Below are positions 40,401 to 49,272 of a DNA stretch of 64,000 nucleotides, piece after piece. Made by a program: the position numbers and the translations under genes. The notes beneath the pieces are model-generated. The model saw nothing but the letters and a program-made list of their open reading frames with translations. It ran no database searches and was not told the DNA's origin. Source of the stretch: an uncultured Desulfosarcina sp. Lineage in GTDB: Bacteria > Desulfobacterota > Desulfobacteria > Desulfobacterales > Desulfosarcinaceae. The DNA is taken from the NCBI GenBank assembly GCA_963674945.2, contig CAXXWQ010000004.1:384001-448000 (forward strand), read 5' to 3'. Positions within the stretch are counted from its first letter, which is position 1; each line of letters opens with the position of its first letter.

Positions 40401-40802
40401 GATGCCAGCCATGCAGGCGGCCAGGTGTTCCCCCGCCGGTTCACACGCAAGGTAAGGGGCAAGGTCACCTTCCAGCTTCGGATTGTAGGTGAAAGGAAAG
40501 TTCTCGGCATCGGGTTCCAGGAAAAAGTCGAAGGGGTTGATGATGATCATTTCCGCCACGAGGTCCACGTCGACGATGAATGCGGTGGTCTTTTCCGGAA
40601 ACACCAACCGTCCCAGGTAATTGGAAAAGGGATCCTGCTGCCAATTGATGAAGTGGTCTTTGGGCGTCACCGTCAAGGAATAGCTCAATACGGGTGTTCG
40701 GCAGTGGGGTGCCGGTCTGAGCCGGACGATCTGGGGGGACAGGGACACGGGACGGTCGTACAGGTACGACGTCTTGTGGCGTAAGGCGACGTGGATTCCC
40801 AT
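37491..40802 (-). CDS. Transglutaminase + DUF2126 putative amidoligase fusion
   Basis: GSCRDSAWLL, DLHAWTEVYLPGAGW, LTMGGEPTFVS, TPDPGVMEVN, TGTGGGNH, GNTHRAEFCIDK. Confidence 0.9.
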   Translation of the reverse strand: MGIHVALRHKTSYLYDRPVSLSPQIVRLRPAPHCRTPVLSYSLTVTPKDHFINWQQDPFSNYLGRLVFPEKTTAFIVDVDLVAEMIIINPFDFFLEPDAENFPFTYNPKLEGDLAPYLACEPAGEHLAACMAGIDRRKKHIIDFLVDLNRRLKDDIRYLIRMEPNVQSCEKTLSLKSGSCRDSAWLLVNILRHLGLAARFVSGYLIQLAPDIKSLDGPSGPETDFTDLHAWTEVYLPGAGWVGMDPTSGLFAGEGHIPLACSPEPQRAAPITGAVDECKVDFSHTMQVRRIREEPRSTKPYPDSVWQAIVDLGDRVDRMLEKSDVRLTMGGEPTFVSIDDMDGAQWNTEALGEEKRQLSETLIKRLRKRWSPGGLLHYGQGKWYPGESLPRWALSCYWREDGKPVWNDDRWIADTAVAYGFGAGEAKRFIEHLADRLDVHRRFIRESYEDIFYYLHKEQRLPVNVCPTDPKLSDPEARRRMADTFERGLGAVVGYVLPLQYGSWKSGPWPFRGEHMFLLPGDSPAGLRLPLESLPWVSETDFPFDHPLDPMADRGPLPDLHGEQRFILGAEGEKIQEGVRTQPGPFAAPKPVAGESAAWVVRTALCVQPRQGRLHVFMPPIMTLTGYLELVAAIEATAAAMGLPVIIEGYTPPFDPRLKYLKITPDPGVMEVNIQPMGSWQEMVESTTDLYESARQCRLGTEKFMLDGRHTGTGGGNHIVIGGATPADSPFLRRPDLLRSLVTFWNNHPSLSFFFSGLFIGPTSQQPRIDEARHDSLYELEIAFAELDRQTGPDRVCPPWLVDRLFRHLLVDVTGNTHRAEFCIDKLYSPDSSAGRLGLLELRAFEMPPHARMSLAQQLLLRVFVTWFWQTPYRQKLVRWGTRLHDRFMLPEMVHMDFADVLEVLNKAGFPLSLDFFHPHFEFRFPIYGRVAYRGMEMELRHALEPWHVLGEEPSSGGTARYVDSSVERLQVKVSGMTEGRYIVLCNKRRVPLQPTDVDGTYVAGVRYRAWQPHSCLHPTIGVHTPLVMDIYDRWSRRAVGGCTYHVGHPGGRNYETFPVNGWEAEGRRHARFVPGGHTPGEIGGIPALEINADFPYTLDLRR

Positions 40803-40811
40803 GGGTCTCCT

Positions 40812-41792
40812 TTATTGTTGGCTGGCGGTTGCCGCAAACGCCGGCGCGAGGTTGAAAAAGGTGGTGCCGATATCGGCATCGACCTGGTTGAGGCGGACCT
40901 GCAGATCGTCCAGGTACTCGTGCATGCCCCGTTCGATCACCTCGTCGATGTCCGTGTAGTCCAGATCGGCTTTCAGGCGCCCCAATCGCTTTTCGGCGGC
41001 GTTGGTCACCACATCGGGCGATGTGCCCGAGATGCGGTGCAGGCAGATCATGGCCTTGATGATGCAGTGGTGGATGGCGCGGGGGAACTGACGGTCGAAG
41101 ATCAGAAAGTCGGCCACGTTGCGGGGGGTAATCCGGTGATGCTGCTTTCGAAACATCTCAAAGGCGGATGCCGATTTGAGCACCGCCGTCCATTGGATGT
41201 TGTCCATGGGAGAATTGACCAGGTCGGCCCGCGGCAGAAGCATGAAATACTTGACATCCAGGATGCGTGATGTCTTGTCCGCCCGTTCGATCATCATACC
41301 GATACGGGCAAAATTCCACGCCTCTCCATGGCTCATGGTGCAGTCCATCAAGCCGGTGAAAAGGTGGCTGCGCATCTGAATGATCTTGAAAAACCGGTGT
41401 GGATCGGACAGGGCGAATTCCAGGCTGCCGCCATTGGCCAGTTCCAGGAAAAAATTATTGAGATGCTCCCACATCTCCGATGAGATGATCTCGCGGATGC
41501 TTCGCCCGTTCTCCCTTGCCGCAGCCAGGCAGGAGAGAATGGAGTTGGGATATTTTCGATCGAAGGTTAAAAACCGGATTACCGCATTCTGGTCGGTCAT
41601 ACATTCCGGACATCTTTCGGCGAACAGATCCTGATCCCCGGTGGTCATGATGATGGGATCCCAATGCCGCTCCTCTTCCGACGGCAGGTCCAGCAAAAGA
41701 TTCAGGTTGACATTGATGAAGCGGGCTACGTTCTCCGCCCGCTCGATGTAGCGGCACATCCAATAAATGGAATTTGCGACTCGGCTTAGCAT
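40812..41792 (-). CDS. Alpha-E (DUF403) domain protein
   Basis: MLSRVANSIYWMCRYIERAENVAR, ARENGRSIRE, IERADKTSRILDVKY; AGGAGAAG SD before ATG 41792. Confidence 0.92.
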   Translation of the reverse strand: MLSRVANSIYWMCRYIERAENVARFINVNLNLLLDLPSEEERHWDPIIMTTGDQDLFAERCPECMTDQNAVIRFLTFDRKYPNSILSCLAAARENGRSIREIISSEMWEHLNNFFLELANGGSLEFALSDPHRFFKIIQMRSHLFTGLMDCTMSHGEAWNFARIGMMIERADKTSRILDVKYFMLLPRADLVNSPMDNIQWTAVLKSASAFEMFRKQHHRITPRNVADFLIFDRQFPRAIHHCIIKAMICLHRISGTSPDVVTNAAEKRLGRLKADLDYTDIDEVIERGMHEYLDDLQVRLNQVDADIGTTFFNLAPAFAATASQQ

Positions 41793-41831
41793 TCTATCTT
41801 CTCCTATGATCAAGACGGATTCGAAATGATG

Positions 41832-43262
41832 CTATAATACCCATGTGTCTTTGCTTCCCCCCCCTTGCGACGAGTTGACCACCAGCGATCCCTTGGTGAG
41901 GGCAACGCGGGTGAGTCCGCCGGGCATCACGTAGATCTCCTCGCCAAAGAGGACATAGGGCCGAAGGTCCACGTGTCGCCCCTCGATGCAATCTCCCACG
42001 ATGGTTGGCACGCGGGAGAGGGAGATGGTCGGTTGGGCCATGTAATTGCGTGGCTCGTCCATAATCTTTCTTGCGAATTCATCCCGCTGCGCCTGACTGG
42101 CATGGGGTCCCACCAACATGCCGTACCCGCCCGATTCGTTGGCCGCCTTGACCACCAGTTGATCCAGATGGGAAAGCACGTAGCTGCGGTCCGCATCCTC
42201 CCGACAGATGTAAGTGGGAACGTTGGGCAATATGGGATCTTCGCCGGTGTAGTACGCGATGATCTTCGGCACATAGGCATACACCACCTTGTCGTCGGCA
42301 ATACCGGTACCCGGCGCATTTGCCAGGGCGATGCCTCCCTTTTTGTAGACTTCCATCAGGCCGCGCACACCCAACAGCGAGTCGGGCCGAAAGACCGCCG
42401 GATCGATAAAATCGTCATCGATCCTTCGGTAGAGAACATCGACACGCCTGGGTCCCTTTGTGGTGAGCATGTGAACATATCCATCGGCCACCACCAGGTC
42501 CTGGCCCTCCACCAGTTCCACCCCCATCTGCTGGGAGAGAAACGAGTGCTCGAAATAGGCGCTGTTGTAAATTCCGGGGGTCAGAACGCCGATGGTGGGC
42601 GACGGTCCATGATACGATGGCAGAGATTCGAGGACTTCCAGCAACTTGGTGGGGTAGTCGTCCACCGGTCGCACCCGGGACGCTTCGAAAACCTGTGGAA
42701 AGGTACGTTTGAGGACCTGTCGATTTTCCAACACATAGGAAACGCCCGAAGGGCACCGAAGGTTATCTTCCAGCACGAAAAATCGGCCGTCGCCGTCTCG
42801 CACAAGATCGGTTCCCGTCACGTGGCACCAGATGCCCTTGGGCGGTGTGAAGCCTTCACAGGCCTCCCGGTAGGTACGACTGGAGAGAATCAGATCCTCC
42901 GGAACGACTCTGTCCTTGAGAATCTTTCTGTCATTGTAAACATCCTGGATGAATTCGTTGAGGGCGAAGATGCGCTGTTTCAGGCCGCTTTCAATCTGCT
43001 GCCAGTCTTTGGACGGCACGATGCGGGGAATGATATCGAAAGGGAAAATCTTTTCCGTTCCCTCTTCTCTTCCATACACGTTGAAGGTGATACCCATCTT
43101 GAGCAAAAGTGCCTCGGCTGCCTTCTGGCGGAGGGATAGGTCCCCTTCCGGAAGGGAATCGATCTTTTCCACCAAAAGCCGGGCGCCGGGCCGGGGCTCT
43201 CCGTCGGAATCGATCAGTTCATCGTAATATCCCTGTGGGTCGTAATTCCCAAATGCTTCCAT
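41832..43262 (-). CDS. Circularly permuted type 2 ATP-grasp protein
   Basis: VLEDNLRCPSGVSYVLENR, NSAYFEHSFL, DVLYRRIDDDF, ESGGYGM, RHVDLRP, VVNSSQGGGSKDTWV. Confidence 0.93.
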   Translation of the reverse strand: MEAFGNYDPQGYYDELIDSDGEPRPGARLLVEKIDSLPEGDLSLRQKAAEALLLKMGITFNVYGREEGTEKIFPFDIIPRIVPSKDWQQIESGLKQRIFALNEFIQDVYNDRKILKDRVVPEDLILSSRTYREACEGFTPPKGIWCHVTGTDLVRDGDGRFFVLEDNLRCPSGVSYVLENRQVLKRTFPQVFEASRVRPVDDYPTKLLEVLESLPSYHGPSPTIGVLTPGIYNSAYFEHSFLSQQMGVELVEGQDLVVADGYVHMLTTKGPRRVDVLYRRIDDDFIDPAVFRPDSLLGVRGLMEVYKKGGIALANAPGTGIADDKVVYAYVPKIIAYYTGEDPILPNVPTYICREDADRSYVLSHLDQLVVKAANESGGYGMLVGPHASQAQRDEFARKIMDEPRNYMAQPTISLSRVPTIVGDCIEGRHVDLRPYVLFGEEIYVMPGGLTRVALTKGSLVVNSSQGGGSKDTWVL

Positions 43263-43304
43263 TTTATCGGCGCCTCCATGTCATTTCGGATATGAATCCA
43301 AGAC

Positions 43305-43320
43305 TGCAAGTCACATGCCG
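43305..43320 (-). promoter_or_regulatory. sigma54 (-24/-12) promoter of the CP-ATP-grasp operon
   Basis: Minus strand CGGCATGTGACTTGCA has GG-N10-GC with TTGCA, ending 42 nt before the ATG. Confidence 0.7.
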
Positions 43321-43596
43321 CGCCCGCATGACAAAACGCATCGCGATCATTCGCATCAACAGCCATTGGATAATCCGCCAATCGTATGATCGCGTGGACG
43401 ACATGGACAAAATTCGGCAGAAGAGACGATCAGATTCTATTTTATACATTATTGTATGAAATAGAATTATTTATTCCGTTTTTGTAGTTATTTCCTGTGA
43501 CAAACCGCCGGGCAGCAGACAACTTCAAAACAGGTCCGGGAAGACAGATGGAAGGTACCGGCGGATCTTGTGTGTTACGCCTATGCTCAGTATAGG

Positions 43597-44502
43597 TCAC
43601 AGGTACTTATCCCGCAGGACGGCCAAACGGGTCAGGTAGCGCTCTCTGAATTCCAGCCCCTTCTGATTGGAGATGTCGTAGAAAAGGTAGTCGATATAGG
43701 GGCGCACATCGATGCCGTACTTGTTGAACTTCTCATCGTTGGCCTTGTCGACGATCAAAATGGCGTAGTAGTTCATCAGCAGACGAATCTTGGAATCACG
43801 TCGGAGAAGGTAGCTTCGCCCCCCCAGGGTGTTGAGAAAATAACCGGCGTAGTCATACAGCCGCTCGATATTCAAGGGTTTCGTCTCCCCCGGCAGAGGC
43901 TTTCCACAGGCAACGAGTCGGTCATAAAGAACGCCCATGGCAGGTTCGATGACCCGATTTTCGGTCATGATGATGGTTTTTGCCGTGATGAGCTTCTTTT
44001 TGCCGAGGACACGATAAAAATGGGTGACATTTTTCACCAGGCGATGCAGGTCCTTCATTTCGGCGACGTTTATGGGTGGGTCGATCATAAGCATTTCGAT
44101 GCATTCCGTAAAAAACGCCAGGCTGCCTCCCTCCAGGTCCAGTTCGGCCATGAAGGGCTGCTCATCCAGATATGCGAAAAAGGATTCCATCTGCGACGCG
44201 GCCTTGGTGCAGTCGGAAGGAAGGTCATCGGTCCATTGTTCCGATGCCGGCGTGCCGAACACCCTCGGGAAGATATCGTCGCCGGATCGTGTCTGTTGCT
44301 GGCGTTCCAGTTTTTTGCGCATTTCATCGAGTTCGGCCTCCATCTTCTGAATCACCTGGAGGCAGTCGTTCTGGGCCTGCTTCCGCTGCTGGTCCAGCTG
44401 GTTCTGATGCCATTTTTTCACCACCAGGGAGATTCCCAAACCGATAACGACGAGGAGAAAAACAATGGTGACGGTTTTCAGGGGCCGATTGGAAGAATTC
44501 AC
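43597..44502 (-). CDS. Hypothetical protein, N-terminal membrane anchor plus coiled coil
   Basis: 301 aa; one hydrophobic helix, Gln-rich coiled coil, helical domain; AGGAG SD. Confidence 0.75.
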   Translation of the reverse strand: MNSSNRPLKTVTIVFLLVVIGLGISLVVKKWHQNQLDQQRKQAQNDCLQVIQKMEAELDEMRKKLERQQQTRSGDDIFPRVFGTPASEQWTDDLPSDCTKAASQMESFFAYLDEQPFMAELDLEGGSLAFFTECIEMLMIDPPINVAEMKDLHRLVKNVTHFYRVLGKKKLITAKTIIMTENRVIEPAMGVLYDRLVACGKPLPGETKPLNIERLYDYAGYFLNTLGGRSYLLRRDSKIRLLMNYYAILIVDKANDEKFNKYGIDVRPYIDYLFYDISNQKGLEFRERYLTRLAVLRDKYL

Positions 44503-44605
44503 ATCGATCTCCTTATCTTCATTTCAATAACACACATGGTACGGCAAAAGTCCAATATGCACAATACAATTGGAGTGTAATACGCTTTTTATATACTTTC
44601 AACGC

Positions 44606-46156
44606 CTACATGGACCGCAGGGAATCCGGCAACCAGTGGGTGAGAATCAAAAAACCGGCCAGTAAAACGGCGATGGTGGTTTGAAGGATCTGCATCCCCC
44701 GACGCCTGATCCGCCAAGGTGGAAGAAAAAAGGCAACGACGAATCCGTTTGCCGCGAAAAGAGGCGTGAGCAAGACGATGTTGTCTTTTGACCATGTCAC
44801 CATCAGCGCGCAGATGTACAGATATCCCAACCATGCCATGTTGACCGCCTTTAACCGACGTGGACCGCGAATCAGGGCGTGGGCCATCGCAGGTACAAAG
44901 AGGAGCATGGCAAATGGGCCGAATCCGGCGCCACCGTCCCCGGAAAAAATCGGTGTAAAGGGTACCACCCCTCCTTCCTGGTGCAACAGGAATACAACCA
45001 GGACCCGATGGACCTGCACCACCATATTTTTGAGATCCAGTCCGATCAGCCAGTGGATCAGCCGCCCGAAAGGTTCCGTGGGATCAAAGCATATCAGTAG
45101 GTACCGCAGCAAATTGGCAACGGCGCCCAGGATGCCATCTTCGCCGGAAACCGTTGAGGTTCCAAACAGATGGTGTCCGTTGCTCAGATTCCATGCGAAG
45201 ACCGGAATCTGTGCCAATGCAAGTGACAAAAAAATAACGATTGCGAACAAAAAGGGATGGGTCATCATCAACTCGCGCCACATGATCCAACCATGACGGC
45301 GAATCATCATGAGTATCAGCAAGAGGAACATCACCAGGCAAAGGGCGAGACTCAAGGGGTTTACGGAGATGGAAAAGGAAATACAAAGGAGAAAAAAAAG
45401 GAGATCCCCGGCACGGTGTTGCTCCACTAACCGATAGATGAGCACCATGGCATAGGTTACCGCGGATGCCATGATCAATTCAGAATCGGGCCAACGTGCC
45501 AGCATCAACAATCGGGGCATGGCAAGAACCATCAAGGTAATGGTCAGGGCCATGGGCGGCCATGCATAGCGGCGGGCCAGGGCATAGGCGGACAGTCCCG
45601 CTGCCACGTGGGCCATCAAGCCGATTCCCCAGACATGGGGGGATAGGCCGAAGCGCTCTCCATGAAAGAACAGGGCCGCGGTATTGAGTGGCGTGATCGC
45701 CCTGGCTGCATCGCGGTGCAAGATCCCCCCACGCCACCCGCCGGCCACCTCCTTCCAGGCGAACGATGCCGTCGGATGATCCGACGAAATCCAACCGATC
45801 AATATCATCGCGGCCATACATCCCCACGAAACAAAAAGAATCGCCATGGGAAACGGTTCTTTGCGAAAAAACGCCACCACTGAAGAAAGGTGACGTCCAA
45901 TGGGCCGAAATTGTCGAATGCACCAGGTAACGGCGGTCACGATACCTGCCATCTCCAAAAAGCGGGAAGGCCATACAGAACCCAGGAAAAAGGAGAGCTG
46001 GTGAATCAGGGAAATGGTCATGAAGACCATAATGACGGCGCCGGCACCCGCTTCTGCCAGCGTATAACCACTGGAACGCAGCCACACGAAACCGGCAATG
46101 ACGAACAGGACCGTCTCGCCGGACAAGATCGGTGCGAACCCGTTCATCTTTGCCAA
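44606..46156 (-). CDS. Multi-pass membrane protein, possibly GT-C glycosyltransferase-like
   Basis: Many TM segments; AYALARRYAWPPMAL..LAMPRL resembles PMT-type GT-C helices (weak). Confidence 0.6.
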   Translation of the reverse strand: MAKMNGFAPILSGETVLFVIAGFVWLRSSGYTLAEAGAGAVIMVFMTISLIHQLSFFLGSVWPSRFLEMAGIVTAVTWCIRQFRPIGRHLSSVVAFFRKEPFPMAILFVSWGCMAAMILIGWISSDHPTASFAWKEVAGGWRGGILHRDAARAITPLNTAALFFHGERFGLSPHVWGIGLMAHVAAGLSAYALARRYAWPPMALTITLMVLAMPRLLMLARWPDSELIMASAVTYAMVLIYRLVEQHRAGDLLFFLLCISFSISVNPLSLALCLVMFLLLILMMIRRHGWIMWRELMMTHPFLFAIVIFLSLALAQIPVFAWNLSNGHHLFGTSTVSGEDGILGAVANLLRYLLICFDPTEPFGRLIHWLIGLDLKNMVVQVHRVLVVFLLHQEGGVVPFTPIFSGDGGAGFGPFAMLLFVPAMAHALIRGPRRLKAVNMAWLGYLYICALMVTWSKDNIVLLTPLFAANGFVVAFFLPPWRIRRRGMQILQTTIAVLLAGFLILTHWLPDSLRSM

Positions 46157-46192
46157 CCGGCCTCTTTGGCGCCGGGGGGTGAAACGGACGAG

Positions 46193-46540
46193 TTACCCAT
46201 GATATTCTCCGTCGGACTTGGCAGCCTCATCCGCCTTGAGGTGGTCGACGATTTCGATCATGAAGTCTCGCATGTTCCGGGCCAACCGTTCACACTCCGG
46301 GCAGTAGATCTTGCGCAGCATTTTGCCGTGCGCATCGTTTTGATGCCAGTACCATTCGATGTAGGGTGAACCCTTACAAAACTTCTTTCCCGTATACTGG
46401 GCGATGGGACATCCCGTACAGACCAGGACATAGAAAAGGCGGCACGGCGGGCAGTCCAAAACGCCACCATCACTCCCCTTCCCTTCGAGGATCCGGTTCC
46501 ATTTGCGAACGGACGCTTCCATGATGGAGATCTTGTTCAC
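46193..46540 (-). CDS. Small Cys-rich hypothetical protein (putative Fe-S/Zn binding), 115 aa
   Basis: GTG 46540 overlaps the HDAC stop; CPPC..CTGCP..C..H..H..CPEC. Confidence 0.72.
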   Translation of the reverse strand: MNKISIMEASVRKWNRILEGKGSDGGVLDCPPCRLFYVLVCTGCPIAQYTGKKFCKGSPYIEWYWHQNDAHGKMLRKIYCPECERLARNMRDFMIEIVDHLKADEAAKSDGEYHG

Positions 46541-47598
46541 CTGCCCCTCCTTTGCATACCTTTCCAGAATCGGCCGTGAATGTGGGCGCAACGGGTGATG
46601 AGTTGATCGACTTTTGCCAAATCGGCGGTGGCCGCCAGGGCATCCAGGTCGCATCTGGTCTGACCGGTCAGTTCATGGATCATGGCGAATACAGATTCAA
46701 CCAGGGCACCCGGATCGTATCCCCCCTCCAGACAGAAAACCACCCGTCCTTCACAGGCCTCGCCGGCAAGGTCCACGATCAGACGGGTCAAACCGGCAAA
46801 CCCCGCCGGTGTCACCTTCATCCCACCCAAGGGGTCTCCGGTGTGGAGATCGAAACCCGCGGAAACCAGGATCAGCTGCGGCGCGAAGCCATGCGTAACG
46901 GGAGGAAGGAGGCGACGATACAAGGCGATGAAGTCGCCGTCGGTCCATCCCTTTCCCAAAGGCACGTTCAATGTGGTACCCTCCCCCGGCCCCATGCCGG
47001 TTTCGGTGAGGTGACCGGTACCGGGATAATGGGGAAACTGATGGGAAGAGAAGAAAAACACCGATGGATCCCGATCGAAAATATGCTGGGTCCCGTTTCC
47101 GTGGTGCAGGTCCCAGTCGATCACCATTACCCGTTCGACTCCCATTTCTTTTCGTGCCGTCACGGCGCCGATGGCCACATTGTTGAAAATGCAATACCCC
47201 ATGGCCCGACTCCGTTCGGCGTGGTGCCCGGGAGGACGCGCCAGAACAAGGGCATGTGATACCCGACGGGCCAATACCTGTTCTATGGCGGAGATGGTTC
47301 CACCGGCGGCCATCGATGCCACATCGTAGGTTCGATCACAGGCCAGGGTATCTGCACTCAAAGTCGACGACGGAAAGGCAGCCGTTCCTTTCACCTTCTT
47401 CAGATAGGCCGGGCTGTGCACGCCGAGGATCTCATGGTCCGTGGCACGGCGAGGTGCGATGGTTGCAATGTGTCGAGACAGCGTTGCATTTTTCAACAGA
47501 TCATACAGGATACGGAGTCGACGGGGATGCTCCGGATGACCTTCATCGGTAATATGTTCCAGAAAAACAGGATCCCAAACCAGACCGAGACGGGTCAT
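46537..47598 (-). CDS. Histone deacetylase-family (AcuC/AphA-like) Zn hydrolase
   Basis: HPEHPRRL, RPPGHHA..AMGYC.FNN, DWDLHHGNGTQ, SAGFD..DPLG, LEGGY. Confidence 0.93.
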   Translation of the reverse strand: MTRLGLVWDPVFLEHITDEGHPEHPRRLRILYDLLKNATLSRHIATIAPRRATDHEILGVHSPAYLKKVKGTAAFPSSTLSADTLACDRTYDVASMAAGGTISAIEQVLARRVSHALVLARPPGHHAERSRAMGYCIFNNVAIGAVTARKEMGVERVMVIDWDLHHGNGTQHIFDRDPSVFFFSSHQFPHYPGTGHLTETGMGPGEGTTLNVPLGKGWTDGDFIALYRRLLPPVTHGFAPQLILVSAGFDLHTGDPLGGMKVTPAGFAGLTRLIVDLAGEACEGRVVFCLEGGYDPGALVESVFAMIHELTGQTRCDLDALAATADLAKVDQLITRCAHIHGRFWKGMQRRGR

Positions 47599-48524
47599 AT
47601 CTCATCCCCTGGGTGCTGATTTCTGTTTTTCTTCTCGGGGACCGTCAACACCGCACACGGCGACCGGCGCAGGACCGCCTCGGTGGTCGAGCCGGAAAAC
47701 CAGCGCCCCACTTGTCCCGACGGCCGTACCCCCACCACCACCAGGTCTGCAGCCCGACGCAGGATGGAGTCCAGAAGCATCTCCTGGGGTACGCCGGGGG
47801 CCACCGTGACGGAAATGGATGCGGCATGGGGAAAAAGCTGTTTCCCCTGGGCCAGAAGCTCCCCGCTGCGTCGATCCTGCAATGCCTGCTGCACCTGGCC
47901 GTAGGACGCACCTTCGTCCTCACCGACTTCTTGATCCAACGGCCGCTCCAGGGCGAGGATCAGATGAATCCGTTGATCCTTGCACGATTGCAGTTGGGTT
48001 AAAAGCGGTGCCAACCGGCGCCAGCAACCGTGATCGTCACAGCCGATCACCATGGATCGAAAGCCACCGAATGGCTGATCTTTCCCATCAAATCCTGGTT
48101 TGACCACCAGCATGGGACACGGCAGCAACCGTGTGAGCCGTTCCACCACGGTTCCTACGAAAAGCCGCTTGAAACCTGAGACACCGTGACTGGCCGAAAC
48201 CACCAGGCAATGCTTTCGTTTGCGGACGAATTCACTGGTTTGCTCCGCAGGGTCACCGGAACAGACAACCGCCTCCCATTGAACGGGTGATCGGCGCATC
48301 AGTGTCGCCATACGTTCTTGTGCCTCATCCGTAAGCCGTTTCAGGTCGCCGCCCCGCTCGAACATCGCCGTCGGATGCAAGCGGTCCTGGGGCTCGTTCA
48401 CCCCGTGAATCAGGGTAAGAGGGACACCCGCGGTCTTGGACAGGACCATTCCATATTGGACCACCATGGGACTGAATTGGGAAAAATCGACCGTACAGAC
48501 GATGTTTTCGATGGTATGCGGCAT
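47595..48524 (-). CDS. Tandem-domain universal stress protein
   Basis: IVCTVDFS, SHGVSG..LFVGTVVERL.R..PCPMLVV; second domain DLVVVG..SGSTTEAVLRRSPCAVLTV. Start ATG 48524. Confidence 0.88.
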   Translation of the reverse strand: MPHTIENIVCTVDFSQFSPMVVQYGMVLSKTAGVPLTLIHGVNEPQDRLHPTAMFERGGDLKRLTDEAQERMATLMRRSPVQWEAVVCSGDPAEQTSEFVRKRKHCLVVSASHGVSGFKRLFVGTVVERLTRLLPCPMLVVKPGFDGKDQPFGGFRSMVIGCDDHGCWRRLAPLLTQLQSCKDQRIHLILALERPLDQEVGEDEGASYGQVQQALQDRRSGELLAQGKQLFPHAASISVTVAPGVPQEMLLDSILRRAADLVVVGVRPSGQVGRWFSGSTTEAVLRRSPCAVLTVPEKKNRNQHPGDEI

Positions 48525-48837
48525 GGTGACGCGCTCCTCATAAAGGTGCAGTGCCGGTCGGTCAATGGGCGCGCAAATAAACAGAGCGACGAAGGGAATG
48601 GAAAGAAACACAACTTCAGATATTGCACGATACTGTCTGGCATCTTCGACCTGGAAAAGCTCTTTACGATGCATCAGGTACCACTGTAAAAAAAGCCACC
48701 GGGCCTGTCAATTGGTATGTCGCATGCGATTACCAATTGAACTCATCTGTGTTTGCGTCTACTATAGCTATCGTATCTTGGTGAACTATCCCACTTGAAA
48801 AAATAAAATATGCCTTCATGGCGAAAGGAGAGATAGC

Positions 48838-49272
48838 GTGATCAAATCAATCGCCAAAGTGTTCAATTCGGCAACCGAACCGGAACAGATATCCATGGCC
48901 CTTTGCCTATCCATCATCGCGGGCTTTACACCTGGTCTCTCTTTCCACAATCTGATCATCCTTCTTTTGGTGCTGGTGCTGCGGGTGAACCTTATCGGCT
49001 TCGGCATCGGATGGGCACTCTTCTCCTTTGCGGCGTATCTGCTGACCCCTCTGTTTCACCGGATCGGCCTGGTGATCCTCACGGCTCCTTCTCTCACCGC
49101 CTTCTGGACCGAACTCTACAACACCAGCTGGTTTCGTCTGGATCGGCTGAACAACACCGTCGTCATGGGCAGCCTGTTCTTCTCCCTGGCCCTTTTCGTA
49201 CCCTGCCTGCTTTTATTCACTCTGCTCATCCGACGCTTCGCCGTTTCGGGAAAAAAAGGAGGTGCCGCATGA
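48838..49272 (+). CDS. TIGR03546-family membrane protein
   Basis: NSATEPEQIS..AGFTP, LRVN, FHRIG..L, W..LYN, NNTVVMGS. Confidence 0.8.
   Translation: MIKSIAKVFNSATEPEQISMALCLSIIAGFTPGLSFHNLIILLLVLVLRVNLIGFGIGWALFSFAAYLLTPLFHRIGLVILTAPSLTAFWTELYNTSWFRLDRLNNTVVMGSLFFSLALFVPCLLLFTLLIRRFAVSGKKGGAA

Noticed and set aside
31674..44580. Long plus-strand ORFs (31674-32771, 32821-33912, 34027-34962, 36330-38279, 41865-43139, 43570-44580)
   Set aside because: All are antisense to well-supported minus-strand genes and lack motifs; typical shadow ORFs of GC-rich coding DNA.
48903..49268. 122-aa N-terminal extension of the 705-aa ORF
   Set aside because: Overlaps the TIGR03546 gene in another frame; ATG 49269 has a GGAGG SD and the family-typical N-terminus.
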